DNA of 64,000 nucleotides from contig OZ024745.1 in NCBI GenBank assembly GCA_964016885.1, positions 36,890,001 through 36,954,000 on the forward strand. Direction: 5' to 3'. Below are positions 14,750-27,782 of the stretch, in pieces. Every line of letters begins with the position of its first letter. Position 1 is the stretch's first letter. A model generated the notes under the pieces. It ran no database searches, had not been told where the DNA came from, and worked only from the letters and a program-made list of their open reading frames with translations. Made by a program: the position numbers and the translations under genes. The DNA comes from Eledone cirrhosa (taxonomy: Eukaryota).

Positions 14750-16560
14750 ATAATGAGAAAATATTAAACATCTTTAATAAATTATATTAAAATCAAACAG
14801 TTTCTCATATATACTAATATATATCTTCACTACGAAGCTGTAAAATATCTACATCAGAATTCCTGAGAAGGCTGATCAAACGTCAGAGAGACAAGGGCAG
14901 GGAAATGATTAACTGAAATTTCACAAATAAAAGCAAAAACACTGAAAAGTTAGTAGGCAACAAACTTTCTCGACAATAGACAGACTTCGCTTTCACGTCG
15001 AATGATATATTTCCTAACTGTTCACTGTACAATTTATCCCTGATGAAATTACACTCCTCAATTTCAGCAGAAACTTCCATCTTAAAGGAAAATACAACCA
15101 AAACCAGAAAGAAAGTCGAACTTGAATTATTTTATCAGTCTCACGAGACTTTTAATGATAAAAGGATAATAAAAATTGACGACAAACTGCGTCGCTTATT
15201 CAGGTGTGAAGGCAATAAACAGAGATATTAACACAAAAATAAAAAAGTACTTAACAAGAAACTTAAGCTAGCTGTATAGAATCTGAAAATAACGATAAAA
15301 TTATATGTTATAAGCGATAAGAGCAATCTGTTTGTTATTATGAACAAAGATGAATACATTACAAAAATCAACAATATAGTATATGATAGTAGCAAATTCG
15401 TCAAAATTAGGAAAGATAACACGTCACAACTAAAAAATAAACTCAATAAATTAATCACCGCTGCAAACACACAAATAGGATCTATTCCTTTCCAGTACAA
15501 TAAAGGGAGAGTTTAGCATAACATACATCTATAGCACTGTGAAAATGTCCAAACAAAATATCTCTCTCAGACCTATAATCTCCCAAATCAACACATTAAC
15601 TCGTTTAAACGCTAAACAACTAGTAGCGTAAACAAAATACCGTAATACTAGTGTTACAGTATTCACTCATCCAATGAATTCCTAGAAATTTGAAGAAAAA
15701 CTGACAAAGTTGACCACATTTCCACTCTATGTATAAAGTCTTTTTTACTAAAGTTCTTGTAATGAATACTATGTATGAGATAGGTTGTATATACACACTC
15801 TACAATAAAAACTTTTCCTGTGCCAAGAAACAATATTTAGATTTTCTTTGGCTTGCATTATATTTCGTTGCTTTCAAAACAATGTATACATACTAAAGGA
15901 CGGGGTGATCATGGATTCTTCACTTGGACCCATATCTTCAGCATTATATGTGGATATACTTGTTCTTAACGCAACCTCATCACCCATACCGTGTTCCTTG
16001 ACAAAGTATTCAATGTGACAAATACCACAGGGCGGACAGACGGACGTAAAATTTCCGAAAATAATTTCAACCTCAAATTTTCCATTCCACATAATTCCAG
16101 AATCAATTCAAACTACAACATTAATCTATTCTTAGATATAAATGTAGGAGTAAAAGATAAGCCATATAGCACCTCAGTATACAACAAAAATAACAAAGGC
16201 CTATACGTACATGGAAATTGTGGTTGTCTCCATAGATATAAAATGTTTCGAGTCAAATCTCTTCTGTGACAAGATTATAAATTTGCATCCACTGGAGTAG
16301 CTTTAAGTAAAGAAATGTTAATATAACAGTGAAAGAAACATTAGTTAATAAAATCCGCTCAAATATGCTGTTAGAGCAGGCGAACGATAAATACAAGAAC
16401 AAATTCTCTGACATAAAACAGCGACAAAACCCAGTAAACTGACGCAACCAACACATGTAGCATACCGCATAAAATAAGTGTTATTGTTCAAAGCTAAATG
16501 TAAAACACTTAAGAAAATGAGAAACAATTTTAATGAAAAAAGTTTAACAGGAACAGTCAT
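14750..16560 (+). pseudogene. Heavily decayed Penelope-like reverse transcriptase
   Basis: Frameshifted motifs MNKDEYITKINNIVYDSSKFVKIRKD, LRPIISQI, YILKDGVIMDSSLGP (cf. QxxGVAMGSPLGP), NLFLDINV, STSVYNK and GCLHRYK. Confidence 0.8.
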
Positions 16561-17045
16561 GTCTGAACACATATATTATTGTTGTTATTGGCGATGGTTT
16601 GGCAGAATCGTTAGAGCATCGAGAAAAACGCTTTCATGTATTTTTTCCGGCTCTTTATGTTTGAGTTCAAGTCCCACTGTCAACTTTGGCACTTCCATCT
16701 TTTCGGAGGTGCTAAAATGTAGTACCATTCACGTCGATGTAAGCGACTTCCCCACCCCACAAATTGTTGACCATATGCCTAAATTGAAAATCAGTATTTT
16801 CAGGCCGAAGGATTGTCAGCTTTGCGTTTTATCTGTGCAACATCCTTACAATAAGGGTTGGAGTCAATTTAATCGACATATTCCTTCTCCTAGTTCTGTA
16901 GAAGTCATTTCTATGTGAAATAAAATTATACTTTCTCTTCTAATATATAGAGTATCTTATTTAACTGGGAGTTTTTCCGTTATTCGGGGGAAAAAAAGCA
17001 TTCTTAATACACACATGAGCACACAGAAATCTATCTCTCTATCTA

Positions 17046-17122
<77 letters not shown>

Positions 17123-17131
17123 CTCTCTCTA

Positions 17132-17167
<36 letters not shown>

Positions 17168-17498
17168 ACCCCCACCAAACCCCTTTGGTCATGCCTACCA
17201 AACCCACAATGCCTAGCATTGACGAGTTTATTATTTGAGGATGGTCTGCCGCAACAATAACACCAATTTCATTATCCATCTCCGAATAGTTTTTCTATAT
17301 TCTGTTTGATGCAATCCGCACCAGCAGTACCGTTGGAAGGGGTCAAAGTCCATCTCGACGGAAGAAGACCATGGAGTTCTGTATCTTTTATTTGTCTTTT
17401 TATTAAAAAAGAAAAAAAGAATTTAAGGTCTCTCCTTTAATTTTTTTTTTTTTTCGTTTTGCTTTGTTTTCGCTCGTTGTCGTCTCTGTTGATTTTCC

Positions 17499-17652
<154 letters not shown>

Positions 17653-17788
17653 AGGAGGTTATAGGACATTTAAATAAATCTAAGGTAAAAGACTAATTGT
17701 CAACAATATCTTTTGCATTTGCATTCTTTATTCTATGTCCATACCTGCATTGTTTTGGCTTTATTATACATATACAAACGTTTATACC

Positions 17789-17820
<32 letters not shown>

Positions 17821-17869
17821 ATATTGATAGAGTATATATATATATATTGAGTGAGTGTGATAGACCAAA

Positions 17870-18085
17870 GGTCATTATTGAAAGCCTCATTCGCAAAATA
17901 CATAATATGTTTTATTGGAGAAGGTAACATATTTTTCCGCAAAAATTTGATTGCACGTTTTGTTTCCACTTATGTATTTTGTGAAAATGTTATTTATTCA
18001 TTATAAAAATTAAATGAGAGCATTCTATATGTAGGTGAGCCCCTTTCATCTGGCAACCAATATCTTTAGACCTAGTCCGCCACTG
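17870..18085 (-). mobile_element. hAT-type terminal fragment (TIR CAGTGGCGGAC)
   Basis: Ends GTCCGCCACTG at 18085. An inverted homologue starts CAGTGGCGGAC at 21295, and the TIR resembles that of the hAT at 26543-30850. Confidence 0.65.
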
Positions 18086-18236
18086 TGAGGAAGAAAGAGC
18101 GAGGGATAGAGACAGAGAAAGAGAGGGGGAGAAATGAGGTGCAACAGAAATGAAACATGGATTGCAGGTTAAGTTGTAGTCTAGATAGATGAAAAACAAA
18201 ACGAGGATGTAGTTTATAGAACACCCAAATGATTTA

Positions 18237-18685
18237 GAAGACGACCTTAAGTAGGAGCAATAACATTAAGATAGATATGGACGACGCCACATCATTTTGT
18301 TTTGAAAATTTTGAAAGTATGTTTATAAGTATGAATTTTCATAGGAGTTTCGTAGTTTTCTTTGTAGCCTAGCAGTAGGTACTAGAGACGGTGGAGATCC
18401 TGGCCTTTTGTTCAATCCTAGTCAATGGGGCACTAAATGAATGATATTAATTTTAATATGTTCAATCCTGAACATTCAGTTTTATTTTACAACCAATAGA
18501 AAAAAACCGAAAAGGTTTACCGGGAACCTTATTCCCGATCAGGATCGAACTTTAGACAAGGATCACCACCGTCTATGATTCCTCCAACTAGGCTACCGAG
18601 ACAGCTATAAAAGTATAATGGAAATTGATAATTATAAACCTACTTTCAAAATCAAAGTTAAGGTAATTGATGACATCAGTCGTAT
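18237..18685. mobile_element. Repeat carrying two convergent tRNA-like cassettes (copy 1)
   Basis: Cassette B on + (18364-18420) and cassette A on - (about 18535-18605). Homologous to 22041-22450. Confidence 0.7.
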
Positions 18686-19314
18686 ATATATATATATATA
18701 TATATATATACGACTGATGTCATCAATTACCTTAATTTAAATGTAAATATACCCAGATTAAATCAAAGCCCACCACGATCCCAAGAAAAGGTAAATTATA
18801 CGCCTACAACAATTGCCCCCAGTCTATACGTATCAGACATGGCTACATGTTATACATTGGTGATACATAATCTGATACAGAATCCAATATGAAGTGTAGA
18901 ATCAAATATATCTGATATCACAGTTTCACCTTTGCTGATACGCACGTGCTCACACACACACACACACACATACACATATAGACACACACACGTGTGTGTG
19001 TAGTGAGTGAGTGTGTTTACATATATATGAAATGAATTTCATATAAGAAAATCTAGGGTTAAATTCTAACACTCACTGGTAAAACATAAGAAAATATAAA
19101 TACATAGTTACCCTCTTTGTACAGATAAAAATATTAGGATTGTCCTTGCATATTTTTAGCTTATTGGTTAATCAACAGAAGGCAAGTAACCCTATTTTCT
19201 ACCTTCAAGCAGAACAATAACAAATAACTATTAATATCAAATACTATCCTGGAATCGGCTAAAATAACTAATATATTTGGCATAATTTGCATTCATTGAT
19301 AATGTGATTAATTA

Positions 19315-19484
19315 CCGTATTTCCCGGCGTCGAAGACGCTACTTTTTTCCTAAAATAAGTTTCAAAAATCTATCGTGAGTCCTGGAGGCCGAAGGTTGTT
19401 TATTATTTTTTATTTCAAATTTTTAGTTGTCAAAATTAAGGTGCGTCCTCGAGGACGAAGCGTTTCCGGCGCCGGGAAATACGG
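19315..19484. mobile_element. Tc1/mariner-superfamily (pogo/Tc2-like) MITE
   Basis: 15-bp perfect TIR CCGTATTTCCCGGCG / CGCCGGGAAATACGG, flanked by TA on both sides. Confidence 0.85.
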
Positions 19485-20723
19485 TAAATAATTAAATACT
19501 TATTCACGAAAAACACAGTTTATATTATACATTCTTACTCTGTTCGAACATAAAGAAATATTTGTTTTTGTATGATATAAATATAGGTCTATTTACACCG
19601 GTATAAAATTAATATCATTCATTTAGTGCCCCTTGTTGTATATCAAGATTCTAGGGTTTGTAAAATTGAGATCGATAAAATAAGTATCAGACTGAAATAA
19701 GTTCTGAGGTTTATATGTTCCCCTAAACTCTTGAAGGCGGGGGTCATTGCATGGCCGACTTCCAATAACTGAAACCCCTAAAAGTATAAAGAATTTGTGC
19801 GTGTATATGTATGTAAGTATATATATATATATACTTACATACATATACACACACACACATACATACACACACATACATACATGCCTACATACATAGATAC
19901 ATACATGCATACATACATGCATACATACATAAAACTTTGTGAAATTATAAAACCAGAAGAACATACATACATACATACATACATACATACATACATACAT
20001 ACATACATACATACATACATACATACATACATACATACATACATACATACATACTTCGACATACAGTCTGACTGATTGGAAAACCAGATAGATAGATACA
20101 TGTTATTATTGTCTTCTTTATTTCCCTATTCCTATGCACATAGAAGATATTCATGTATACTTTATGTGGTCATAAATCTAAATATAGTTGTACGTATGTA
20201 TATTTCTTAACGGTGATGAATTTTTCTAAATCCACAAAATACATCATCCTGTCACTTACAGCAAACGGAGTAGCAATAATTGTAGGAAGATTTAGTAATA
20301 AAGTTGAAATGTCAGAAAGTAAACGTAGAGTCGGTAGAAGCTGGTGGAAGTAAGAGAAAGAGAATTGAATAGGAATGAAGAGGTGATAGGGGAGAGATGT
20401 ATAGATGGGTGTTGGTGATAGTATTATTGGTGGTGCTGCTGATGCTGATGCCGGTGATGGTGTGAGAGGAGAAGGATGAAGAGGGAAATGTTGGTTTTGG
20501 GGTGAAATAAGAAGTAATTTATAATCAGCCACTGAAAATATTTTTTTAAAATTATAGAAAAGAAAGAAGGAAAGGTTAAGAAAAAGATAGAGAAAAGGGA
20601 AGAAAAAAGGACTGAAGAAAAATAATGAAAAGAAGAAATAAAAAAAGCAAACAAACAACAAAGAAGGAAACTACAATGTCGAAAAAACTAATCGTTATTT
20701 AAAATGTCATTTCAAATATATTG

Positions 20724-20759
<36 letters not shown>

Positions 20760-20798
20760 TGCATATGTGTGTGTATATGTATGTGTGTGTGTGTGTGT

Positions 20799-20845
<47 letters not shown>

Positions 20846-21294
20846 TGTTAGTGTTTGTGTGTTTATGTATGTGTGTGAATTTTCCTCGATTATACAAGTT
20901 CTGCGACTTGGTTGGTTTCCATTCTCCGTTGAATCCGGTTCACTTCATTAAAGCTGCTTATATTTATAGAATTATATGGTGTAGCAATTGAATCTATTCT
21001 GTGAGGTAAATTGATTCTTTTTTTTTTTTTTTGTAATTAAAATTTCGAAATATGAACAACCTACAAATAACAAAGGGTCAGTTTATACATAAAGAAATAC
21101 ATCTTTTGATATGTCGAGGTGTTTGGATTATTTGAAATTCGAAACGTTGAAAAGAAATATTGTAATCACTTGTAGGCAGAGGAAAATGAAAAAAAAAAGG
21201 TAAGTGGATCATATATGGCACGGGGGCAGTTTGAGTAGAACTACTCGCCTCAAGTTCTAGCTCTTTTATTCTGATCTATTTCTTATAAATATAT

Positions 21295-21517
21295 CAGTGG
21301 CGGACTGGGTCTTAAAATATTGGTTGCCAGGAGATGAAGGGGGCCCACCTACATAAATATATGGCTATCATTTAATTTTTATAATGAATAAGTAACATTT
21401 TCTAAAAATACATAAGTGGAAACAAAGCAGTCCAATCAAATTTTTGCGGAAAAATATGTTACCTTCTCCAATAAAACATATTATGTATTTTGCGAATGAG
21501 GCTTTCAATAATGACCT
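21295..21517 (+). mobile_element. hAT-type terminal fragment
   Basis: Starts CAGTGGCGGACTGGG and is the reverse-complement homologue of 17870-18085. Confidence 0.65.
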
Positions 21518-21572
21518 TTGGTCTTTCACAGTCACTCAATATATATATACTCAATCAATATATACATATATA

Positions 21573-21649
<77 letters not shown>

Positions 21650-21847
21650 TATAAACGTTTGTATATGTATAATAAAGCCAAAACAATGCAGGTATGGACA
21701 TAGAATAAAGAATGCAAATGCAAAAGATATTGTTGACAATTAGTCTTTTACCTTAGATTTATTTAAATGTCCTATAACCTCCTCCATATATATATATATA
21801 TATGTATATATTGATTGAGTATATATATATATATATATATTGATTGA

Positions 21848-21891
<44 letters not shown>

Positions 21892-22040
21892 GGAAAATCA
21901 ACAGAGACGACAACGAGCGAAAACAAAGCAAAACGAAAAAAAAAATAAATTAAAGGATAGACCTTTTTTGCAGAAAACTATCTTACCTTCTCTAATAAAA
22001 ATATTATGTATTTTGCGAATGAGGCTTTCAATAATAACCA

Positions 22041-22450
22041 GAAGTCGACCCTAAATATTATTAATAGCTCTAGGAACGCCATGAACGACACCACATATTT
22101 TTAACTTTGATTTTGAAAGTAGGTGTATAATTATCAATTTTCATCATACTTTTGTAGCTGTATCGGTGGCCTAGTTGGAGGAATCATAGACGGTGGTGAT
22201 CCTACTCTGAAGTTCGATCCTGGTCGGGAGGAGGGTTCCCAGTAAACATTTTCAGTTCTTTTCCTATTGGTTGTAAAATAAAAACTGAAACAAGGTTACT
22301 TGACCAGGATTGAACCCAAGGCCGGGATCTCCACCGTCTCTAGTACCTATCACTAGGCCACAGAGACAACTACGAAAGTCTTATGAAAATTTATACTTAT
22401 AAACTTACTTTCAAAATGTTTAAAACAAAGTGTTGCGGTCAGTAGTTCGT
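22041..22450. mobile_element. Repeat carrying two convergent tRNA-like cassettes (copy 2)
   Basis: Cassette A on +: A box TGGCCTAGTTGG (22167), B box GTTCGATCC (22212). Cassette B on -: TGGCCTAGTG (22360) and GGTTCAATCC (22316). Confidence 0.7.
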
Positions 22451-23040
22451 GTATGTATATATATATATATACGAAATACTGACCGTAACACTTTGTTTTA
22501 AAAACTTTGAAAGTAAGTTTATAAGTATAAATTTTCATAAGACTTTCGTAGTTGTCTATGTATAGTAGTTGTCTATCTCTCTCTCTATATATATATATAT
22601 AAAGTTACAACATACCCGCTTTGGCTAAGAACGAAAGACTTGCTGAAGAAGTAAATCCTATGTTCTGTCGTCAAAAACCATTATATTGCAGACTCCTGCA
22701 ATAGGAATTTGTCGATCTTGGATTTGCAGAAACTTAGCGCTGATGTTGGATGTGATATTGTGATCTATATTGTGGATATACGATGTAAGTTATATATTTT
22801 GCACTCAGCCTCACCGTTATGTCCAGGTCAGAATAAAATCTTTTCCTGGGTCATGTATTTTCGTTGCTCTGGTAATGCGGTTGGACTGCCGACTGCTATA
22901 TCTGATTTGCTAAGCTGTCTGAACGTAATGTTATTACTCTGGGGTCTTACCTCATCCGAGTGCTAAAGCTACAGACCGATTATGCATATACGCTAGCTTG
23001 GCCGTATACTAAATCTTCGTCAATGCTGTACTAAAATTTA

Positions 23041-23075
<35 letters not shown>

Positions 23076-23369
23076 TTGTGTGTCTGTGTCTATATATGTA
23101 TGCTTGCATGCATGAATGAATGCACTAAGCTTTAGATTTAGTAGAATGTACAACCACTGATTCCAGCTATTTGCACTATCATATATTTTTGTTTCTATTA
23201 ATTCCCTGGGGAATTGGTTGACCAAATACTTTGCTTAATTGTTTTATTTATTTTTTAAAAGATTTTATTCTTTCTCTTAGATTTCAGTAATATTTTGAAC
23301 GCAAAGCATTGGCCCCTAAATTACTACAGTGGGTCCATTGGGCAACCTGTCAACATGGTCAGTCCACCA

Positions 23370-23417
<48 letters not shown>

Positions 23418-24589
23418 CATACAATGTGACAAAGCTGGTGATTTGAATTATAGATACAATCGATCGGATGAGCTTCCAAATAGTTTCCGTCAAACAAATT
23501 TCATTCACAAGGCATATGTGCATCCAAGGCTGTGGTAAATGTTGCTTTCCTTAGATCGAACCTGGGACATAATGATTGCGAAGCGAAATTTTCGACCATT
23601 TGGCCATGCTGCGTCCACCATATTTAACTAAAATGAAAAGAACCATAATTTACTTTATACAATAAATTAAAGAGGAAAAATTTAATTTACATTTTCAAAA
23701 ATCGTAAGTAATTATTTTGGCAGAGCTGCTTCATTTGCAATTGTTAATTAATTATTGTGGTAAGACGTCTAATAATTATGAAAATTTCATGAAATCTATC
23801 GGATGATTAATTAGTTTTTAACTTTCCTTCTTATTTTTTTTTTGTGTTTTGTTTTCATTTATAGTAAATTGAATATTGTTGAGGTAAAACTGGTTAACAT
23901 ACATTGTTAAGTAATTTCTTGTCGGTTTCAAAATAATCGTTCGTGTGGAAATAAGAAAAGTATTAGAACTTTTGCCATATTTTAACTCTATTTTTTCTTT
24001 ACGGTATAGTCAAGAATGAAAAGGACTCTTGTTTCTCGTAGCCTCCGTGTCAGCTGAGAGAAGGGGAGTAATAGCACGGTAAAATTGAACGCGAACCTCA
24101 TTATTGTGAAGATAACTTAAATATTCAGCCGTTATAGTTGAAAGGCTGTGGTCATGCTGGAGCGCGTCATCAAACAATTACTGTACAATGTCAAATACGA
24201 ACCCGTGACACCCAATATGAAACATCTCGTCGTGTACCGGGCAAAGGAGAGGAAGTTATCTTCAGATTTAACATCTGGATCGAATGTTTACATGAGAAAA
24301 TGTAACTTAGGGCATCCAAAGATCCGATGCTCATTATTAACCAGGCGACAGTGTAAGTCCATAAATCAAGATGCTAAGATATTGAACAAATACTACAAAG
24401 TGTCTCATCCGACAATTTCATAATTCTGTTAATTTACTAGGATTGGTCGTTCATTTTATCGACATCTATGAGCTTGATCAGTCTCGCTTTGGGAACCAGT
24501 CGGGTCAATCGGGTATAGTTGCTTCTCATAGGACCCTCTGAAAGGCGTGTCTGAGGACTGTCTCTATGACCCTCACAAGGAATGGTAAG

Positions 24590-24633
<44 letters not shown>

Positions 24634-24699
24634 GAAGAAGAAGAAGAAGAAGAAGAAGAAGAAGAAGAAGAAGAAGAAGAAGAAGAAGAAGAAGAAGAA
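24590..24699. repeat. Compound (GAT)n(GAA)n microsatellite, probably seeded by a LINE 3' tail
   Basis: Read directly from sequence. Confidence 0.95.
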
Positions 24700-26060
24700 C
24701 CTTAAAGGGGTGAATAACAAAGTCTGTCTCCGAGGTATTTTATCTTCGAGAGTAGAGAGCAAGAACAAATACCGCAAAGTGTTTTGTCCTACGCCCTATT
24801 GTAAGTTCTATGTGTGTGACTCGACTGAATCCTAAAACCTATGTCAGTGATATCCTCTTCTGTGGCATGGTCCACCATGTCTCACACTCCTCCAAAACCC
24901 GCAAGTCAATGCCCATGACATGGATATACTTTATATCATATATAAATGATACAGGTCATTGGAAGGCTGCTGGAAACTGATTTTGTTTTGTTTTGTTTGT
25001 TTTTCTTTGCTGTCTAATCGGGGGGAAAGTGCAGTGCCTATAACTTTTTTCAGAACCTCCGCGACTGGTTTGGAAGGAGAACTGGAGGTGTCTTAAAAAC
25101 AAAAATCTGGTATGTGCTTGTAATGGAATGGGTTCAATAAAAGACAATTAAGGGCCAGTGTTAAATAGGGTGACGTATTAAGCAATGGTAAGATTAGAAT
25201 TCAAGAACGCAAAGGTCCGGAACTAATACCGCAATGCATCTCGTCCAACCCTCGAATAAATCTGCCAATACAATATCCAGGAGTGGTACTTTATCGAGCC
25301 TGAAATAATGTAAGTTGCAGTCGGCGAGATTTAAACTCTCTCAGCGTTTGTTTGTTTTTTTTGTTTTTTTTTCAAAGCCGATATTTTCCAAAGAAGATAG
25401 ATAATGATAGATAAAGGAACGATCGACCCCAGGATGAGAGGCAAAGTTAATCTCGGTGGAATTTGAATTGAGCGTGCAGTAAGTGGGAACAAATACTGGA
25501 GCATTTTATACAGATGCCCTAACGAAGCTGCCAAATCGCTACCTATCACTATTTTAGATATTTAGAAATGTTTTAACAGTATATAGCTTTCTTTAATAAT
25601 CATCTTCCATACTGACAATCCTCCTCCGTCAGTGATAAATAGATTGACGTCTTTCCTTAAATCATTCCATCCCTTTCTATTATTCTGGTACCGTTGCTGT
25701 TCCATACAACATCACATCTCTAGAGGCTCTATCATTTTCCTTATTCTCTATGAATTACTAGGTTTTGTCAAGTCCAATTTCATTTTCCATTGCTTATTTA
25801 ATTTTTAACACACAAGAGTGGCAGTCACGGAACCAACCAATGGCGTTTAAACAAATCCTAAATACATGGTTTGCTTTCTGCATAGTTATAAAGTCTACAT
25901 TTATCTACTCATACATGCAAACATGACAGCATAGTTATAAAGTTTGCTTCACAACCATGTGGTTTCGAGTTCGCTCCGACTGCGTAGCAATTTGGGCAAG
26001 TGACTTCTACTATAGATTCGAGTAAAATTTGATACCAGATGTCCGTTATATATATATATA

Positions 26061-26148
<88 letters not shown>

Positions 26149-26799
26149 CGTGCGTGTTTGTGTGGGTGTGGATGTGTGTGTGCGTGCGTGTGTGTATATG
26201 TACGTCCTTGTCTGTATTTACGTTTGTGTCTGCGTCTGCGTTTATGTCTCACTACTTAGCAGTTCGACAAAAGGAGATTAATAAAGTATGTACTAGACTT
26301 GAAGAAAAGAAATAAATACATGTGCCGATATGATCGACTAAATATTTTAAATGGTAGCGCCCTACCATGGCTGTAGTCTAATAGCTAAAGCAAGGGAGAA
26401 AATTAAAAGAAAGGTAGGAATTTTCACATTAAGTGTGAGTGTGTGCGCGCGCGCGTATATGTGTGTGTGTGCGTGGGTGTATATGTGTGTCTCTGTATGT
26501 GTGTGCGTGTATGTGTGTATGTATGTGTTTGTGTCTGTGTGCCAGTAGCGTAACTAACGGGGGTCAGGGGGCGCCCTCCCCCCCCCCCTTGGGTTTCCTG
26601 TCGGTCTAGGTGGGCCCCCTAGGCTATAATTCTAAACACATAACTTATTACACATGTAATGACAAATCCTTAACTACAACAAGGTAAAGAAAACGCTTAA
26701 TCTCTAATAAGACTAGAAGTTAAGACCAATCTCTTGTTTATTTAAAAAATATATTTCGGATAAAATGGCAACTGCATCTAAAAAAAAGTGTAGATAATA

Positions 26800-27007
26800 T
26801 TCCGTCGAATAAAAACGTTAAATTTTTTTACTTGCTTTCTCCACATCTTATTTAGTTGAATCAGGTTTCAGTCAGGTGATGCATCTGCTTTCAAAAAGTC
26901 AAAATCGCCTTGATATAGAAAGAAGTGATTTACGACTCTCTCTAACGGCTTTCACACCAAACATTGACAAATTAGTAGCCTTGCATCAATCACAGGGATC
27001 TCATTAA
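26800..27007 (+). pseudogene. C-terminal fragment of a Charlie/Buster-type hAT transposase
   Basis: LLAFSTSYLVESGFSQVMHLLSKSQNRLDIERSDLRLSLTAFTPNIDKLVALHQSQGSH*. Confidence 0.8.
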
Positions 27008-27782
27008 AAACCGATTATTATATTCTTTGATTTGTAAATATAAATAAATGATTTGATATCTAAATTCTATATTATTCTATTTGTTTGAAATGTTGTAATA
27101 CATGCTTATGTTATTCTCAATACTCAGGTTTTTAACCTAATATTTAATTAAAAGTATAATTATGCATGAGTATATACACACAAATATATATATATCTATA
27201 TATTGTGTGTATATATAGAAAAAATATATATAATATTTTTATTTGTGTTGTTAGTTTTTATCATTAGTCACATTTTAGAACAATTTGGTATTTGCGACAT
27301 TTCCTGGACTTTTGCTCTATGTTTTGTTTTTCGTCGATTACTTGACGTGTTTTACATTCTTCGGTGTTGAATATCAAATCAAGCAAATTGCATTATTCCA
27401 AGTGTGTCAATATAGTGCTCATTGTGGGTATGGTGTGATGTGTAGTGGCCGGAGGCTGGGCGTGCTTGACCGGAAGCGTGCTCGACCGGAAGGGCGAGCA
27501 AATGTGACGTCAGCTTGAGAGGCCTCTTTCTCTTCTACGGCGGTCATCGGACTGAGACAGACGTGCGATTTGAGGCTGCGATCGGCGAGCTGGATTGTAC
27601 ACACGTGGAAGAGAGGAAAACCAGCCAACGACTTTGCCAGAGAAATGCCCTAAGTGAAGTGGCTTTCTAATCACAAGCCCTTTCGGCACTTAAAGACTTA
27701 TAGAAAAAAAAAAGGAAAAAGGAAGAATTTTTTTTTAAGACAAAGCCACTGGAAAACAGTGTCAATATAGTGCTCATTAACA

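Noticed and set aside
22155-22365. Bona fide tRNA genes (GTG in the anticodon-like position)
   Set aside because: A and B boxes are present but acceptor and anticodon stems do not pair convincingly, so they are treated as tRNA-like cassettes.
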